From Balanoglossus misakiensis (lineage: Eukaryota; Animalia; Hemichordata), in contig CM082586.2 of assembly GCA_040954595.2 (NCBI GenBank), positions 7,533,337 through 7,597,336 of the forward strand: DNA of 64,000 nt. Reading direction: 5' to 3'. Under the pieces are notes generated by a model that was given only the letters and a program-made list of their open reading frames with translations, was not told where the DNA came from and did no database searches. The position numbers and the translations under genes are program-made. Position 1 is the stretch's first letter, and every line of letters starts with the position of its first letter. Of this stretch, positions 23,938 to 37,265 are shown piece by piece.

Positions 23938-26900
23938 TTAACCGAGCAACACTTTCTTGATGCGAGAGGCAGGCACTTGTTCGTCGTCCTCTGAAAGTTC
24001 TGAGTCACTGCTGCTGGTGAATACGGAGGAGCCGGGCGTAGCACAGTCCGGGGAGCACAAATACTGCAGCAATGGCAGTCGATATTTCCCGCAGAAATCC
24101 ACAAATTTCACATTCTCCCATCTGGATTCAAAATATACACCTGCAATAAATAACATTCCTGAATTAGTAAAAATTCAAATATCCGAGAGTTTTGAAACGT
24201 TCAGTTTTCCACTAGGAAAACAAAATTTTGGTGTATCATATAACATGATTATGAATGATGGGATATATTATAAATTTTTGCCAGAAAATGCAGTTAAATG
24301 TATGTTAAAAGTATGCAGAAAAAATACAGTCTTTAATAAGCAGAATTTTCTGAGTTAAACGTCTTTGAAATATCTATTCCGTTTAGATTTCAATGGTGTT
24401 TTTTTTTCACATTGGAAAGTTCATTTTCTTCTACTGGCTGAATTAAATGAACCATCTTACCTTTACATTTGGGATTGACACATTTACAAGCTGAATTCAA
24501 ATACTGCATCAGGCTCATTGGCAGATCATCCTCTTTGTAAGCAATGCTCTTGTTCTTAATCACCCGTCCGGCGAGCTCCAGAAGGGAAGGCGGCTGGTAA
24601 GTCAGGTCCCGGCAAAATTGCACCACCAACGGGTTGCCACGGAGACTGAGCTCGCCCAGGTAACGCAGCTTGACGATCTGAGGCGGAAGGGTCGTCAGCT
24701 TGTTATTATGGAGACTCAGCGATTGTAAGTTTGTTAGTTTTGCCAGCGCTGGTGGCAGCTGTTCGATCTTGTTGTCGGAAAGAACCAGGGATGTCAGACT
24801 GGTCAGGTTACCAAGCGCAGCGGGGATATCGGTCAGCTGATTTCCGCCCAAATACAGGATTTCCAAACTGCAACAAGACAGATACATGGTAACTGATGAA
24901 AGAAGAAAACAACTGCCCACACACGTCGTGGACTTGCATTCTTCATTTTCTAGTGTTTGAACCCAACCAAACTGTGCTCACAGAGGTTGACACTGAAGTG
25001 AAACTCTTGTAGCTCTATTCTCCTGACAGCTCTGTATGGCCTGAATAAAACACACATGGCCGGCAATGATGAATCACCATGCATACCAATTCAAAAACAC
25101 TGCAATACACTGTCATTCTCCATGACTTCTTGATTTTACACAATTTTGAACATCATCATTCTGACTCAAGTAATGTGACCACAGAGAGTAAATTCTTGCA
25201 ATTTATCCATGGTGTCATTGTCCATTGATTTGTCAATATTACCAACAATCATGCATGAAACGCATGCACACTGTACATACATTGTAAAACATATTGTGTG
25301 TCACTGTGACTCTGGGGTCAAACCCAGTAAGCGTGTACCACTATCACTAGACACTCCAGCTGACCTGATATACTTTTGCTATATGATCTACTTTACAAAT
25401 GGCTATGATGACCTAGCCACAACATGACTAAGAATAGTTTTACAATCAGAAACCTACAGCGATTTTTACTAAATCCACTGATCTAGTCCCTGGCGAAAAT
25501 CCAGGCATGTTAATGCCATTGGATTAGTAATTCATTCTAATTAATTCACGATAGAATTAACCCTTCTGAACTTTCCAGTTCGCCAAAATAAGTAACAATA
25601 GCGTTAAATGTACAAGTGCTGACATACAACATTAAACCCGTCACTGGGAGGGAAACAGGGGTAAACTTGGTGCAAATTAAGATTGATAAAAACGGCAACA
25701 GTCTTCCAAATATCACTTGTCACTTATTTTACAGAATATTGCCAATTTCTATTTCATATGTTAATTTGCGCCCTGAAAGTCAATTATAGCTTTTCCGTAA
25801 TACTCATTGCCAGAAATAGTTTTTTATACGTAGCCTGAATCTCCCCATACATTGGATTACTGCATCGGTTGGTCAAATACATGTATAGCAATAAAAAATG
25901 ATAATTTGAATTTTGCCATTGTATCGAGAGTTTGAGCAAGTGTAATCAATCATTGCATTTCCGCCACCAGATCTTGTGATATGGAGAGGTTGGGTCTCTT
26001 AAAACTTTACAACCAATGATACATTTAACTAAAAACTATAGTTATAAAGATACTGATTAATGTTGGCCAGTAATCACACCTGCCTTCATTCTCAGCATTT
26101 CACAGTTTCACTGGCCAGAATCAGCAAACATGATGCTGTTTCATCTGTTCTACATAATAACATTTAGTGCAATGCACTACAGTAAAACATGTCTGAACAG
26201 AATTTAAAGGGACCGAAGACATTGTTTATAGAGGTGCCTGGTTTATAGAGATTTATTTAACACATGCTTTATGTCAGGGGTGGGAAAAGATGTTCGGAAC
26301 AGACAAGCTCTCAGATCAGACAGGGTTTGGTTTGTACTGTACATGTATTCCAAACATTCCAACTTTTGCTATGATTCGCTACACCTGACCCTTAATAATT
26401 TTTCGTTTATATGTATCCTAGTCAAAGTTTCACACATATCTGTTCCCTGTCAATACATGATGCTTTTTGAGAAAGGCTGGAAACTAGAACCTCTTGCAAT
26501 AAATACATGTACATTACAGCTGATGCTCCCAGTTTAAAAACAGCTGGCAGTAGATATTACTGCGCATGGATTTAAAAAATATTTCTGTGCCATCACTCAT
26601 CAGCATTCTCTATTTTTAACTCCAAAGTGGTGATCTGCAACGAGGTTCCTCACAGAATGCAAAAAAATACAGAAGTACTGGACAATGTACCAAGTGTGTG
26701 TGTAAAATCTCAAGAAGTTGTTTCTTACTTTTGTAAATTCTCAACTTCCGCTGGCAATGTTCGTATCCTGTTACCACCGAGGTGAACTTCCCGTAAAGAA
26801 GACATCTTTGTGAGTTCCATGGGGAAGTCAGTGAGAACATTTCCGCTCAGGTTTATCACGTTCAGGTGTTGGCACTTGCCAAAGTCTTTCGGAAACGCCT

Positions 26901-27189
26901 CCCAATCCAACAAGTTATTTTTCGCTATAATTTTTTCCAGTTTTGGCAACCTCGTGATTTCTTCCGAGATGTATTTCAGTCGATTGGAGCTCACGTCGAG
27001 TTCGACTAAGTTCGTGAATTGCCCGATCTTCCTCGGGATGACAGAGATCTGATTGTGTGTCAGCACCAACCGTCGTACTTTCTCGTCGTCCAAATGGTCC
27101 GGGAATTCTTCCAGCTGATGGCCAGACAGATGGACGTCCCATTCCGGGTGATTTTCGCTTCCCATGTTGAGATACCGTCTTCGATACAT
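23938..27189 (-). CDS. LRRC58: Leucine-rich repeat-containing protein 58
   Basis: Exons (minus): 27189 (or ATG at 27165)-26729, 24867-24461, 24140-23938, with phases 2 and 1 consistent. Tandem LxxLxLxxNxL repeats are followed by BC-box-like PPSLLELAGRVIK and a Cys-rich CVNPKCKGVYF...VDFCGKYRLPLLQYLCSPDC. The C-terminal KKVLLG* is typical of LRRC58. Confidence 0.94.
26178..26341. mobile_element. Degenerate TA-flanked MITE (TACAGTA...TACTGTA) in LRRC58 intron 1; related copy in reverse at ~54570-54661
   Basis: tacagtaaaac...gtttgtactgta. The internal aagggaccgaagac/tgtttatagaggtgcctggtttatag is matched in reverse complement in DEDD intron 2. Confidence 0.5.
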
Positions 27190-27429
27190 GGACAGCGGGC
27201 AGTCATACCATGTCAGAGCCAAGGCGGGGACTGTGAGAGAAACGGAAATGCTGAAAGGCGGTTTTTAAACTGCGATCATCGTGACTCGGCGATTGCCATT
27301 GTTGTTGAGGCCTTTCGTAATCTGATTGAGGTCACTCAAAGGATAATGATCGCTCGAGCTTCGACGTCGATAATGTTACATGACACACTTGCGGCGGCCC
27401 CCGGATCGATTTTGGAAACCAACATACAC

Positions 27430-27987
27430 CACTTATTAAGATCGTTTCATACTCTATAATGTAGATGTGTAACGATGAGAGGAAAAACAGCAACTCACCA
27501 CAGAGAGATGTCCTTACAGTTGTTGCATCAGCTGTGCTATGCTTCTCTGTGCTGGCTCCGCCTCGTTACCATAAAAAATTCAGATTCAGATTCATTTCTG
27601 ATGTACTATTTTACGTAATTTTTTATTTACTGACGGGCGAATGGAGGGATTGCCCGGGAGGGATTATGCATGCTATAATATCTGATATATGCAGTTACAA
27701 AATAAGAAAAATAAGTAAATACTATTGTAATAACTAGAGACACACAGTTGCTCATTTAAAATAAGTAATTTTCAAATTAATTGAATTAAAGGATTAAACT
27801 TACTGGGAAATGATAATCAGGTCCCCAAGTCTTGTATTTTTGTGTTTTGACCTATGTGGATAAGATAATATTAAAGTGTTTCCTTTTTCTCGTGACACTT
27901 GAAATCTAAAGTAAAGTTTAAAACCAACAGGAACCGGAAACAGGTGTAAGTCCGATGCAGATGCTGAGGCTAACCTCACAAAACAAC
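27430..27987. promoter_or_regulatory. Probable bidirectional promoter shared by LRRC58 and PEX19
   Basis: Divergent start codons are ~800 bp apart, with CpG-enriched flanks and an ETS-like ACCGGAA near 27933. Confidence 0.6.
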
Positions 27988-30900
27988 ATGGAGACTCGCA
28001 GCGGAGACACAACAGGCGATACAGAAAAAGAGTTAGCAGGGGGTGTTGAACTTGAAGAGTCGAGTACAGAACCGACAGCCGAGAGTAGGACGGAAGACAC
28101 AGAACTCGACGATCTTTTGGACAGTACGTTGATAGAACTTTAGTAACAAGACATAAGCAAAAACATGTGTTGAGATCACGCTTGGTTAGGGAGCGCCCAG
28201 TAACATAAAATAGGTGGGGCGTTGCATTTAAATATCCACTGCAGACATACAGGGGGGGGGGTGTGTGTGTGACTGTGCTGTCACCGATGCGAGGGTCATG
28301 GTGTATCCCATAACTATCTTATCTCAACTTGTTTTTGTCTAAATACATACCAACTTTTCCTAAAGTCGTGGGCATGTATACCGACTCCCGGCCCCACATG
28401 TCCAATGGGATGCATGCCACGTACAACCCCACGGGGGGGGGGGAGGTGGGGGCTCACCTCACCTGTTGTGATATTGTGGTAGGGAGTGTGACCCATGTCA
28501 TAAAAAACCATGATCATATTTTAGACCCTCATTGCGCTCTTCGTTTAGGGTGCCATCTTTGACCTAGCTTGGTGATGGTCTTTGATCTCGAGGTCAAAGT
28601 TCTGAAAATACAGAGATAATGCACAACCTACTAGGTTTACCCTCAATCCCAGTCCACTACAAACAAGTCATCTAACTTCTGTAATTGATATGAGAAGTTC
28701 TTTCAGAGTTTGTTACATCAGCTGCACTATGTACATGTACTTGTCAAGGAGATTTTATTAGTGATAACCAGAAAGAAATCTCTTTGTGAACTGCCACATT
28801 TAAACACATCCTGGTACTATTGTGAATTTTGCAACAACTTCTCAAACCAATATCAGAATTATGGTAATACAGTGCTAGTATATACATCAGTTTCTTAACT
28901 TTAGTGTGCTGTGTTACCAACATCAGAGTAAACCTGATTTCTGATGCAAACATTATTGTTTAATTGTCCTATAGGTGCTTTGGAGGATTTTGATAAATGC
29001 AAACCTGCCCAAGCAGACACAAGTAAAAATGAAGAACAAGCTAAAAATCCACCATTACCGACAGAAACAACTCAAACATTGCCACCACAGATACCGGTAT
29101 GTAAAAGACAGAATTATTGGAACAGTAGTTTAGATTTTTGGCCATACTACAATAGTCTTCACATTTTGAAAAGCTAAATTGACATTCAAACATAAGAAAT
29201 GTAGTTATGATGGATTTCAGAACTACAATTTTGAAATTTGGTGTTGGATGTAAGTCATATACTGTCCAAATATGTACCATGTGTTGAAGTAGTATGCATT
29301 TGTAGCAGTTTTGTTCTGTCATCATTCAATAAAGGTGTAGTTTGAATGCCAGACCCTAACATTTAAAAGACAGGCAGTCGCCTGGATTGCACATATGAAA
29401 CTTTTCTGTTCATGCACATACTGTTGGCCCTGTTCCAAAATGGAGGTAGTCTCCAAAAATCAATATAATTTTATATCAAAGTAACATCTCTGTGATGGAT
29501 TTATTATCGTAAGGTGTCTAGACTAGAGCTGAACTTTAATGTCTAATACAAGCAGACTGTAACATCAAGATGTGCAAGACTGTTCACTGGAATATAGCTG
29601 TCATGTCTTATTGTAACACACCATGCAGCGAACCCTTGATCGTGATTCGTCAATACCTTAGTATGACCTTAGTCATTTCAAACTGTTCCCTAGGGCATGA
29701 TTTCGATCAGTTTCTGCCTGGCACTGTTGCCCTGTCTTGATATAATTCCGTGTTTGGTGTGTTACAAAACACATGATGACTGACATATTCGGGCAACATT
29801 ATATTTTTGATGAACTCGGGACTGCCAGTCACACCAAAAGCAGTCTGTTTCCCTCGGGCTATGCCCTCGGGAAAACAAGACTGTTTTAGTTGTGACTAGC
29901 AGCGCCCTCGATCATCAAAATCCACTGTTGCCCTCATTGTCAGTCATCATGTGTATAATGTTTACTGTAGATTGTTTATTTCATGTGAGCTGGTGTTGGA
30001 TGATATTGTTAAACACCACATCGTCTACACTCATTTCAGCCGAATATGGAATCTTTATTTGGAGACTTCCTCAACTGTGACACAGCCGTAGAAGCCACAG
30101 CTGAATTTGAAAGAGCAATGCAAGCGATTATGAGCGACATCAGTAATGAAACGGGTGAAGATCCAGCACTTGCAGAACAGTTGCAGAAATTGGTCGAAAG
30201 TGCAAACAGTGGTGCCCCAATGGGCATGCCAATGGGACCCCCAACTGCAGGCTCACCTGGTAAGTTTCTGTCTTCACCTCACTGACCTTCTAGATACTGT
30301 AAAACGGGTTATTGTCGCGACAGGAAATTTTCGCGATATCAAAATAGGCAACTGTTACATGAGGATTAATTTTCGCATTCTCGTATTTCACTAACTACAT
30401 CGTTATCTCTGAAAGACATTTTATGCGACTTCTTATTTTCACATTGTTTTTTTGGGCTCTTGCGTATTTCGCGAAAATTTATTGCTTGCGAAAATAACCC
30501 GTTTTACAGTAAGCTGCTGATTTACCTGGTGACTTTGCCTTGGAAGTCTTTCCAAAATAGCCACATCAACTGTCTGCGATCATCCTGATTATAAATCTCG
30601 TCGTATTTTCCGTGGTGCCATTTAGATTGACACAGGGACACTTTCTGACTAATAGACACCTGTAATGCATTTCGTCAGTTAAGAAATCTTACAAATTTCC
30701 CCAAAGTGTTGTTATTCTGCAGAGTGACTTGCAGTCATCTTGTATAACTTGATAATATTGCATTACTACAGGTGCTAGTGCTGGTAGTGGATCTGAGATT
30801 AACCAAGCATTGGGAGAAACCATGAGTAGATTAGCACAGAATGCAGAAGAATTAAAGGTAAGTTTATGTTCTCGTGTGACATCATATATCATGCATTTGG

Positions 30901-33900
30901 ATCCTAAGTTATTAACCAGGTAACTTTCAGACTTTCAATGGTAATTGAACCTAATTTAAGTCCATTCAACTCCCTGGGGAGCAAACAACAGCTCACATGT
31001 GCAGCTATTATACAGCACAGCAGAGCTAAACACACAAATTGCAATCTCTGTCCTACCAGGTACCCATTACTCCTGGGTTTGGGAGAAATAATGAAAGTAA
31101 ATGCCTTGCCAAAGGACAAAACAGCACAGCCATGCCAGGGCTCGATCCAATGATCATGAGTCCACTGAATTATACATCATTCATTCGTTTGTTTGTTTTG
31201 TTTGTTCATTCATTCATTCATTCATTCATTCATTCATTCATTCACACTTTGACATGTATGTTCATTGAAATGTTTTGACAGGGAGGTAATTTCTCTGAAG
31301 AAGAATTATTAAAATCCATGGGTAATTTGAATTTCGATGACAATGCCCAGGACGATATGAATTTTATGCCAATGATGCAAGCAATGATGCAGAATTTACT
31401 CTCCAAAGAAGTTCTCTATCCGTCAATAAAAGAGATTGTAGAAAAGGTGAGTGTATGAAATGACTGTGTAAGCATTGTTAACACTTGTCAGGATTTGAAT
31501 GTTAACCTGTGTGTAATTGTAACAAAGACCTTGTTATTTAGTGTCTATGATTGAAATGAGTGGCATAGTTTTCAACTTTATGCTTGTGGCTGTACATTTG
31601 AATTTGAACAAGTTGAATAATAAACAGATGTTCCACCCATTTATTCAGCCAGCCATTTGTGGTTTGAACACATGGATATTAGGAATCTCCACAAATTCAA
31701 AATGATTTCATCTGTCAACTGAGGATAAGGAGAAGATAGAAACATGTTATCTAGCACAAATAGAATTGGTCTAACACTACTTTTTGTTCTTTCCAAATTT
31801 AGTATCCAAAATGGCTTGAAGAAAATAAGGACAAGGGAAATCAAGAAGATTACAGAAGATACGAAAAACAGTATGGAGCAATGAAAACATTGGCTGATGA
31901 ATATGAATCTGAGAGCAGCACAGACAGTGACGATACGAAGAAACAGAGATTTGAAAGGATAATGAAGTCAGTCCAAGAGGTGAGTGCTTGCTATGTCTGT
32001 GAAGTAACATACGTCGTGTATAGTACTGAAAAACGCTTTATTTTCGCGATATCGAGAGAGGTCACTGTTTCGCGAGTATTAATTTTTGCGTTCTCTTATT
32101 TCATTCACTGCATCGTTATCTTCAAAAAAATTTACGCGACTTTTTCTTTTCATGCGCGCGATTTTGGCTCTCGCTAATTTCGCGAAAATTTATTGCTGGC
32201 GAAAACAAAGTGTTTTACAGTATATGAATAATGGTAATTAATGTCATACCCGTTCTTAAACTGTCTTAATGAAATAATGAAGCTCACATTATTTGACTTT
32301 GTCTTTTTTTTTTGTTATATGCAAGTCTACTTTGAGGGGTCTAGGTGTGTCTATCAGAATTGCGTTAACTAAAATGTAATGCATTGATTACTGATTGTGT
32401 TTTAGATGGAATCACTTGGACAGCCTCCGAAAGAATTAGTTGGAACAATGGTAAGTGACAGCCATTTAAAATGCCTTATATTATAGCAAAAACAAACACT
32501 GTGTTACTTTCTATCTAACACAACTATTCATATTGAGTTAAATTAAAAAAGAATTAAAGCTGCAAGCAGCGTTGAAGGGGCCCAAGCATAGAGTTAATAA
32601 CCATTAGACTCCATTCAGGGTTGTACCATTCAAATGCGTAGGCTGTATTTGCTCTGGATGTGGAGATATGGGGAAGTAGGCAACCACCCGAAATGGATGT
32701 CTTACAAATACAAACACAACAACCAAAGGTGAACTTCTACGTTGTAAGTACTTCAGTTACTTCAAAGGTCAGCTGAGGGTATCCAAAAATTGGGCCAAAA
32801 ATTAGGATTCTTATTTGGTTCATATTCAAGACAACGGAAAATCATCGCTGTTTGGGTTTGTCAAATTAGATATGGCCATAATAATGAGTTACGCAAGTAA
32901 GTTACAGGTAGCCCCTAAAATTTAGCATTTCATGACGCAGAGGGTCCTACCCTACCCCTCCAAACACCTGGCAATACATGATGTGCATGCTAACATATGG
33001 AAAGCAGGTCAATGGACACCTGATGTCACCCAAAAATTTGACAAAAAATGTTCATTCCTGTTTATGTCATGTGCAACAAATCCTACATTTGCAGCCCTTT
33101 CACTTTGCCTACCATTAGGTATGCACGTAATACATGAATCAAGCAGGTGTCGCAGGTATCCCCCTGTATTTGGCATTTCATGATAGTTTCGCTCCGAATA
33201 CCAAAGCTGCACTTGTACAACGGGCTGAGATATGGCACTGTACGACAGAGGTCATCCAAATCAACTTATACATTTGGGCAAAAACAAACTGACACTTACA
33301 TTCGTCCCTGTGGAACAAAAACCACACCTCTTGCCCTGTTGGTTAGTGTCCAATTAAATGTATAAAATCAATTACTTAGGCAGGTGCAACAGGTGACCCC
33401 GCCTTTGGTATATCTTTATGGTCCCATCCGTATATGCCCCCCCCCCCCCACGCCAAAGCTGCATGCATCTGCTGTGGATGCTCACTAAGCAAAAGTAGGT
33501 GAAATGTCACATAATATCGCCCATAAGGCTGCATTCGCAAACACCTCTTGAGGGGGGGGGGAGAATTCAATTTTTTTACCGCTAATTTTCACATGCCCCC
33601 CGTACGCAACGCGAAAAATTTCAAATCCCCCCCTTCCGAACTGCCAAAATTTTGAAATCCCCCCTCCCCATTTTCTTTCACAGAGCAAAACAGATCACCT
33701 AGTATCTATCTTGTAAAATAAGAAAAACAGCGCTCCCATTTTTTAAGTATTTGTATCCTGTGTTGGGAGACATTGTAAACCGAGAATTGAAGGGGGTGGG
33801 TAAGAAAATTTTATAAAATACAGAGCTCAAAGCTGCATTTTAATGAACCCGGCAAAGGCCAATTAACTCAACTACCGGTATGTTGGGGAGAACAAATTTA

Positions 33901-35726
33901 ACCGTCGACGCTCAGAGTTATCATGGGGTTGGGGCAAGTCCCCAAACCTGGGACACTAGATAAACCAATCAATGATTGAAAGGTGTTGATGAATGGAGGG
34001 GGTGGGTGTGGGTGTCCCCCTCCCCATTACAAAATTTTGTAAAATAAAGGGTGCGAAACTGCATTTTTGTGGACTCAAAATAAATATTTAGTCGTCAAAG
34101 TTTTCAAGTCCCCCCCTTTCAGTCCCTAAATTAGTTCAAATCCCCCCCCTTACATACCCTCAATTTTTTCAAATCCCCCCCTCAATTCTCCTGCCCCCCC
34201 CCCCCCTCCTGAGGATTTTGTGAATGCAGCCTAACTTGACAGGAAAATCGGACTTCATATTGATCCATTTGCAACAAATACCACACTAGCATCCCTTCCA
34301 TTGACCCCACAATTACGCATGCTCATAATTGAGTTACGCAGGTGTCACAGGTGACCCCCGAATCGGGCGTATTATTTTGGTCCCATACAGCTGCATGAAG
34401 CTGCGTGCCATTACGGGCGACCTGATAACCCCCACGGCCACCTGCGGGCCAACCCCCATACTGAACGTTCAGTTGCAACGTCACGACTGAAGTAGGAACT
34501 GTTGAACGACAAAGAAGCCTGAACTCTGATTATTGCTGGTACCATACTCCCTTCGTGCAAGAAAATCATTGGTCTGCTGACGTATTTCGGCCACATTAGC
34601 GACTGAGGGTCAAAGTCCGCATTACATTGAATGTTAACCAGTGTAGCCGGGTCTAGATAGAAACATTTTAACGGCAACAGCTAACAAACTCAGCGTAATT
34701 CAATAAAACGCCCTAACACAGCCTGAACTCCGATAATGTGTTATCCCAAAATTCATTCCGTGGAAAATAATCACTGGTCTGTTTACGTATTTCAGCCGAT
34801 TTTCCAAGGACTACTGCAACCCGCCAGAAGTGAGTAGCGTGCTAATGAGATCTCCACAACATTACGTAATGACGGTCAAAGTCCGATGCCCCAGTGTCCG
34901 TCCTCAGCCCACCAAAAATGCGAAAAATATTACAAAAATCTTCTTCTCAAAATAGATGTGGCCTATGACCTTGAAATTTGGCACAGGGGATTTTGGCCAC
35001 ATGGTCTACAAAAATCGCGAAAAGAATGTACATTCCCCCATTTACGTGCAAATTGGGTCAATTTGAAAATTTCGCTCGATTATAGCCACCAAGTCACGTG
35101 ACTAATTACAAATTCAAAGGGCAGGTGCACTAGTACTCATGGGCCCCAATCATCTTGCCAAACTTCATAGGCGCAGGTGCCGGAATTTCAGAGAAAAACG
35201 GGAGCAAAAAAACGACTCAAGAAGAAAGAAGAAAAACTCCAGCAATAACAGAAGGGGACCAAGCGCCTGAGGGCGCTTGGTCCCCTAATTACTACCGAGT
35301 GCATTGATTTTTCGATATGATACACTGAATGTCTTAGTCATAAATGGGATTTATTCAGTTGACAATGTATATTTGTACCTTTATGCTGGCAGTTTAGACA
35401 CAAAACTGTCATACAATGGCAGTGTTCAAACAAGTCAACATGTAGTGTAGTGTAGTGTAGGTTGCCAGAATAACTCTTTCTAACTTCTGATATTTGACTA
35501 CATGTACAAGTTTTCGAATGCAAAATGATGCATCAGAAAATTGTATGCTGTATTGATAGACTTATTTCAGTACACAAGCTATCATATGTTGTTTTTCACA
35601 TAACTGTGATGATTAGAACGTATTTTTTTTCTTGTGTATTTTCAGGCCCCGGGATTGGAATTTGATGAGCAAGGAAATCCCAAACTGCCAGGTCTACCAT
35701 CGCCAGACCAGTGTGTGGTTATGTAA
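27988..35726 (+). CDS. PEX19: Peroxisomal biogenesis factor 19 (~343 aa)
   Basis: Exons: 27988-28123, 28975-29096, 30040-30259, 30772-30857, 31282-31446, 31803-31979, 32406-32450, 35646-35726 (1032 nt, phases consistent). Motifs: ELDDLLDSALEDF (PEX3-binding helix), MMQNLLSKEVLYPSIKEIVEKYPKWLEEN, GQPPKEL, and the C-terminal farnesylation CaaX CVVM*. Confidence 0.96.
29769..29954. mobile_element. ~185-bp foldback (imperfect palindromic) element in PEX19 intron 2
   Basis: Outer arms acacatgatgactgac and gtcagtcatcatgtgt; inner arms gggcaaca/tgttgccc, gatgaactcggg/ccctcgatcatc, cagtcacac/tgtgactag; centred on ccctcgggctatgccctcggg. Confidence 0.75.
30295..30511. mobile_element. MITE with TA TSD and CTGTAAAACGGGTTATT TIR (PEX19 intron 3)
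   Basis: ta-ctgtaaaacgggttattgtcgc ... gcgaaaataacccgttttacag-ta. Confidence 0.85.
31205..31243. repeat. (TTCA)n microsatellite
   Basis: Directly visible, just upstream of PEX19 exon 5. Confidence 0.9.
32024..32222. mobile_element. MITE of the same family as 30295-30511 (PEX19 intron 6)
   Basis: ta-ctgaaaaacgctttattttcgc ... gcgaaaacaaagtgttttacag-ta. It shares the internal catcgttatc and atttcgcgaaaatttattgct. Confidence 0.8.
32554..35290 (+). mobile_element. Helentron/HINE-like non-autonomous rolling-circle element (~2.7 kb) in PEX19 intron 7
   Basis: 5' end ttaaagctgcaagcagcg...aggggcccaagc. The 3' end has a perfect 15-bp hairpin aggggaccaagcgcc-tgag-ggcgcttggtcccct (35253-35286) whose arm resembles the 5' subterminal motif. 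No transposase ORF. The classification is inferred from the terminal structure. Confidence 0.65.
33524..34234. mobile_element. PIF/Harbinger-type MITE (TAA TSD) nested in the Helentron-like element
   Basis: taa-ggctgcattcgcaaa...gggggg ... cccccc...tttgtgaatgcagcc-taa. Element spans 33527-34231. Confidence 0.8.
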
Positions 35727-35856
35727 AATGCTGGGAGATTTAGAAACTAATTTTTTTGGTGAAATGTGCAATGTAAATTAATATTTGAATGCAGGATTGC
35801 GTTTATATTTCCTGTGGAAACATAATCAGCTGATGCATATAAATCATGGTGTACTA

Positions 35857-36207
35857 TTAAAGGGACATTAGCTGTATCTATTGGCGTTACTTTCAGTATT
35901 TTTGTTCTGTGTGCAAAATAGAATTTCTTGTTCTACTCCAGACAACATGCTAATATACCCAGTTCTCGGCTTATCAACTTAGCCTCTATGTATCGAACTG
36001 CCATTGATGTTTACAAATGAATTCTACTCTGGACTAGAATACAAATTTGCACAATAACAGGGCTGGTTATATACTCATAGGTTGAGTTAATAAGCTGGAT
36101 ACTGGCCATTTCATCATGTTTCATGGATTTGGACAGGAAACTGCAGTAGATACACAAAACAAACATACTGAAAACGCAGCGAAAAGTTACACCTAATAGA
36201 GCTTTAA
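35857..36207. mobile_element. Kolobok-like non-autonomous element in the PEX19 3' UTR
   Basis: ttaa-agggacattagctgta ... ttacacctaatagagct-ttaa. A similar start (ttaaaggcacgtaagctgcaac) occurs at ~61554. Confidence 0.5.
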
Positions 36208-37265
36208 ATTATGGAAGAATTACTGACTTACTACCTACTAGAAGTCCTATATTGGCATTCTCTCAATCCAAAGTAACTTCTGCTCCACAATGCTACGGGA
36301 GAAAAAAGTTCCAACAGATTTCGATGGAAAACTGAGGAATTGTGAATGACTCATTTAAATATTCGTTAGCAATAGCAAAGCAGTCTGATTGCCGAGTGTT
36401 ATTTGATGCCAGTTTTATTTTGAATAATGCTGGAAAATTATTTGATTGAATTTTAATTACTACACTTATCAATGATGTAATCAAGTGTTGAATAAAACTA
36501 GTACAATCAATATATGTGATAAATAAATACATTGGAGTGGGTACACATTGTAATAATACTATTTTTTATAACTGTTGGTCAACTGGTGCACAATTTGTGG
36601 ATGGAATGCATTTACAGTTTATGCAAACAGAACAATCAACAGACTGTTCATGTATCTTATTCATTCTGATGCATATGTTTGAGTTGATTCTCAATTCAGA
36701 ATTTTTAGCTGTGTGCAGGATTTCATTGTAATTGAATATCTGAGACGTGTTTATTGTAAAGATCAGCATTGTTTCTTACACAAATGGAAATAAAAGAGTC
36801 CCATGTTGTAAATAGTGTGTGTAACTACAAAGACAGAAATTTCTGACCACAAGGAAGCCATGGGATGCAGTTAGATTTCTTAAAAACTCTTACTACAGTG
36901 ACTTGTTTACCGTTTGACAATACACAAAGTATAAACCTATTTGAGGTAGCAAGAAACTTATATAAAGGTTTGCAAAACCTGATGCACAAGTAGATACGCT
37001 GAGATACCTATCTACATGTACATACATACATACACAGACATTACATACATGCATGGATGGATGTGTTGGCAGGATGGACGGAAGGACTGATTGGCGGTAG
37101 GTTGGATGTAATTTCTATGGCATTAACTTGAATCCTCTACTCTCTCCGTATCATGAATCAGAATTGAATAATGACCAAGTCGTGAATAACTTAATGTTGT
37201 CTTTGGGTATCCCGCCCGTATTTAGTTTGATCATCCGGTTATTGTAGTGCTCAGCCATCTAGTTT

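Noticed and set aside
27019-27459. 146-aa plus-strand ORF
   Set aside because: Antisense to LRRC58 exon 1 in GC-rich sequence; no family features.
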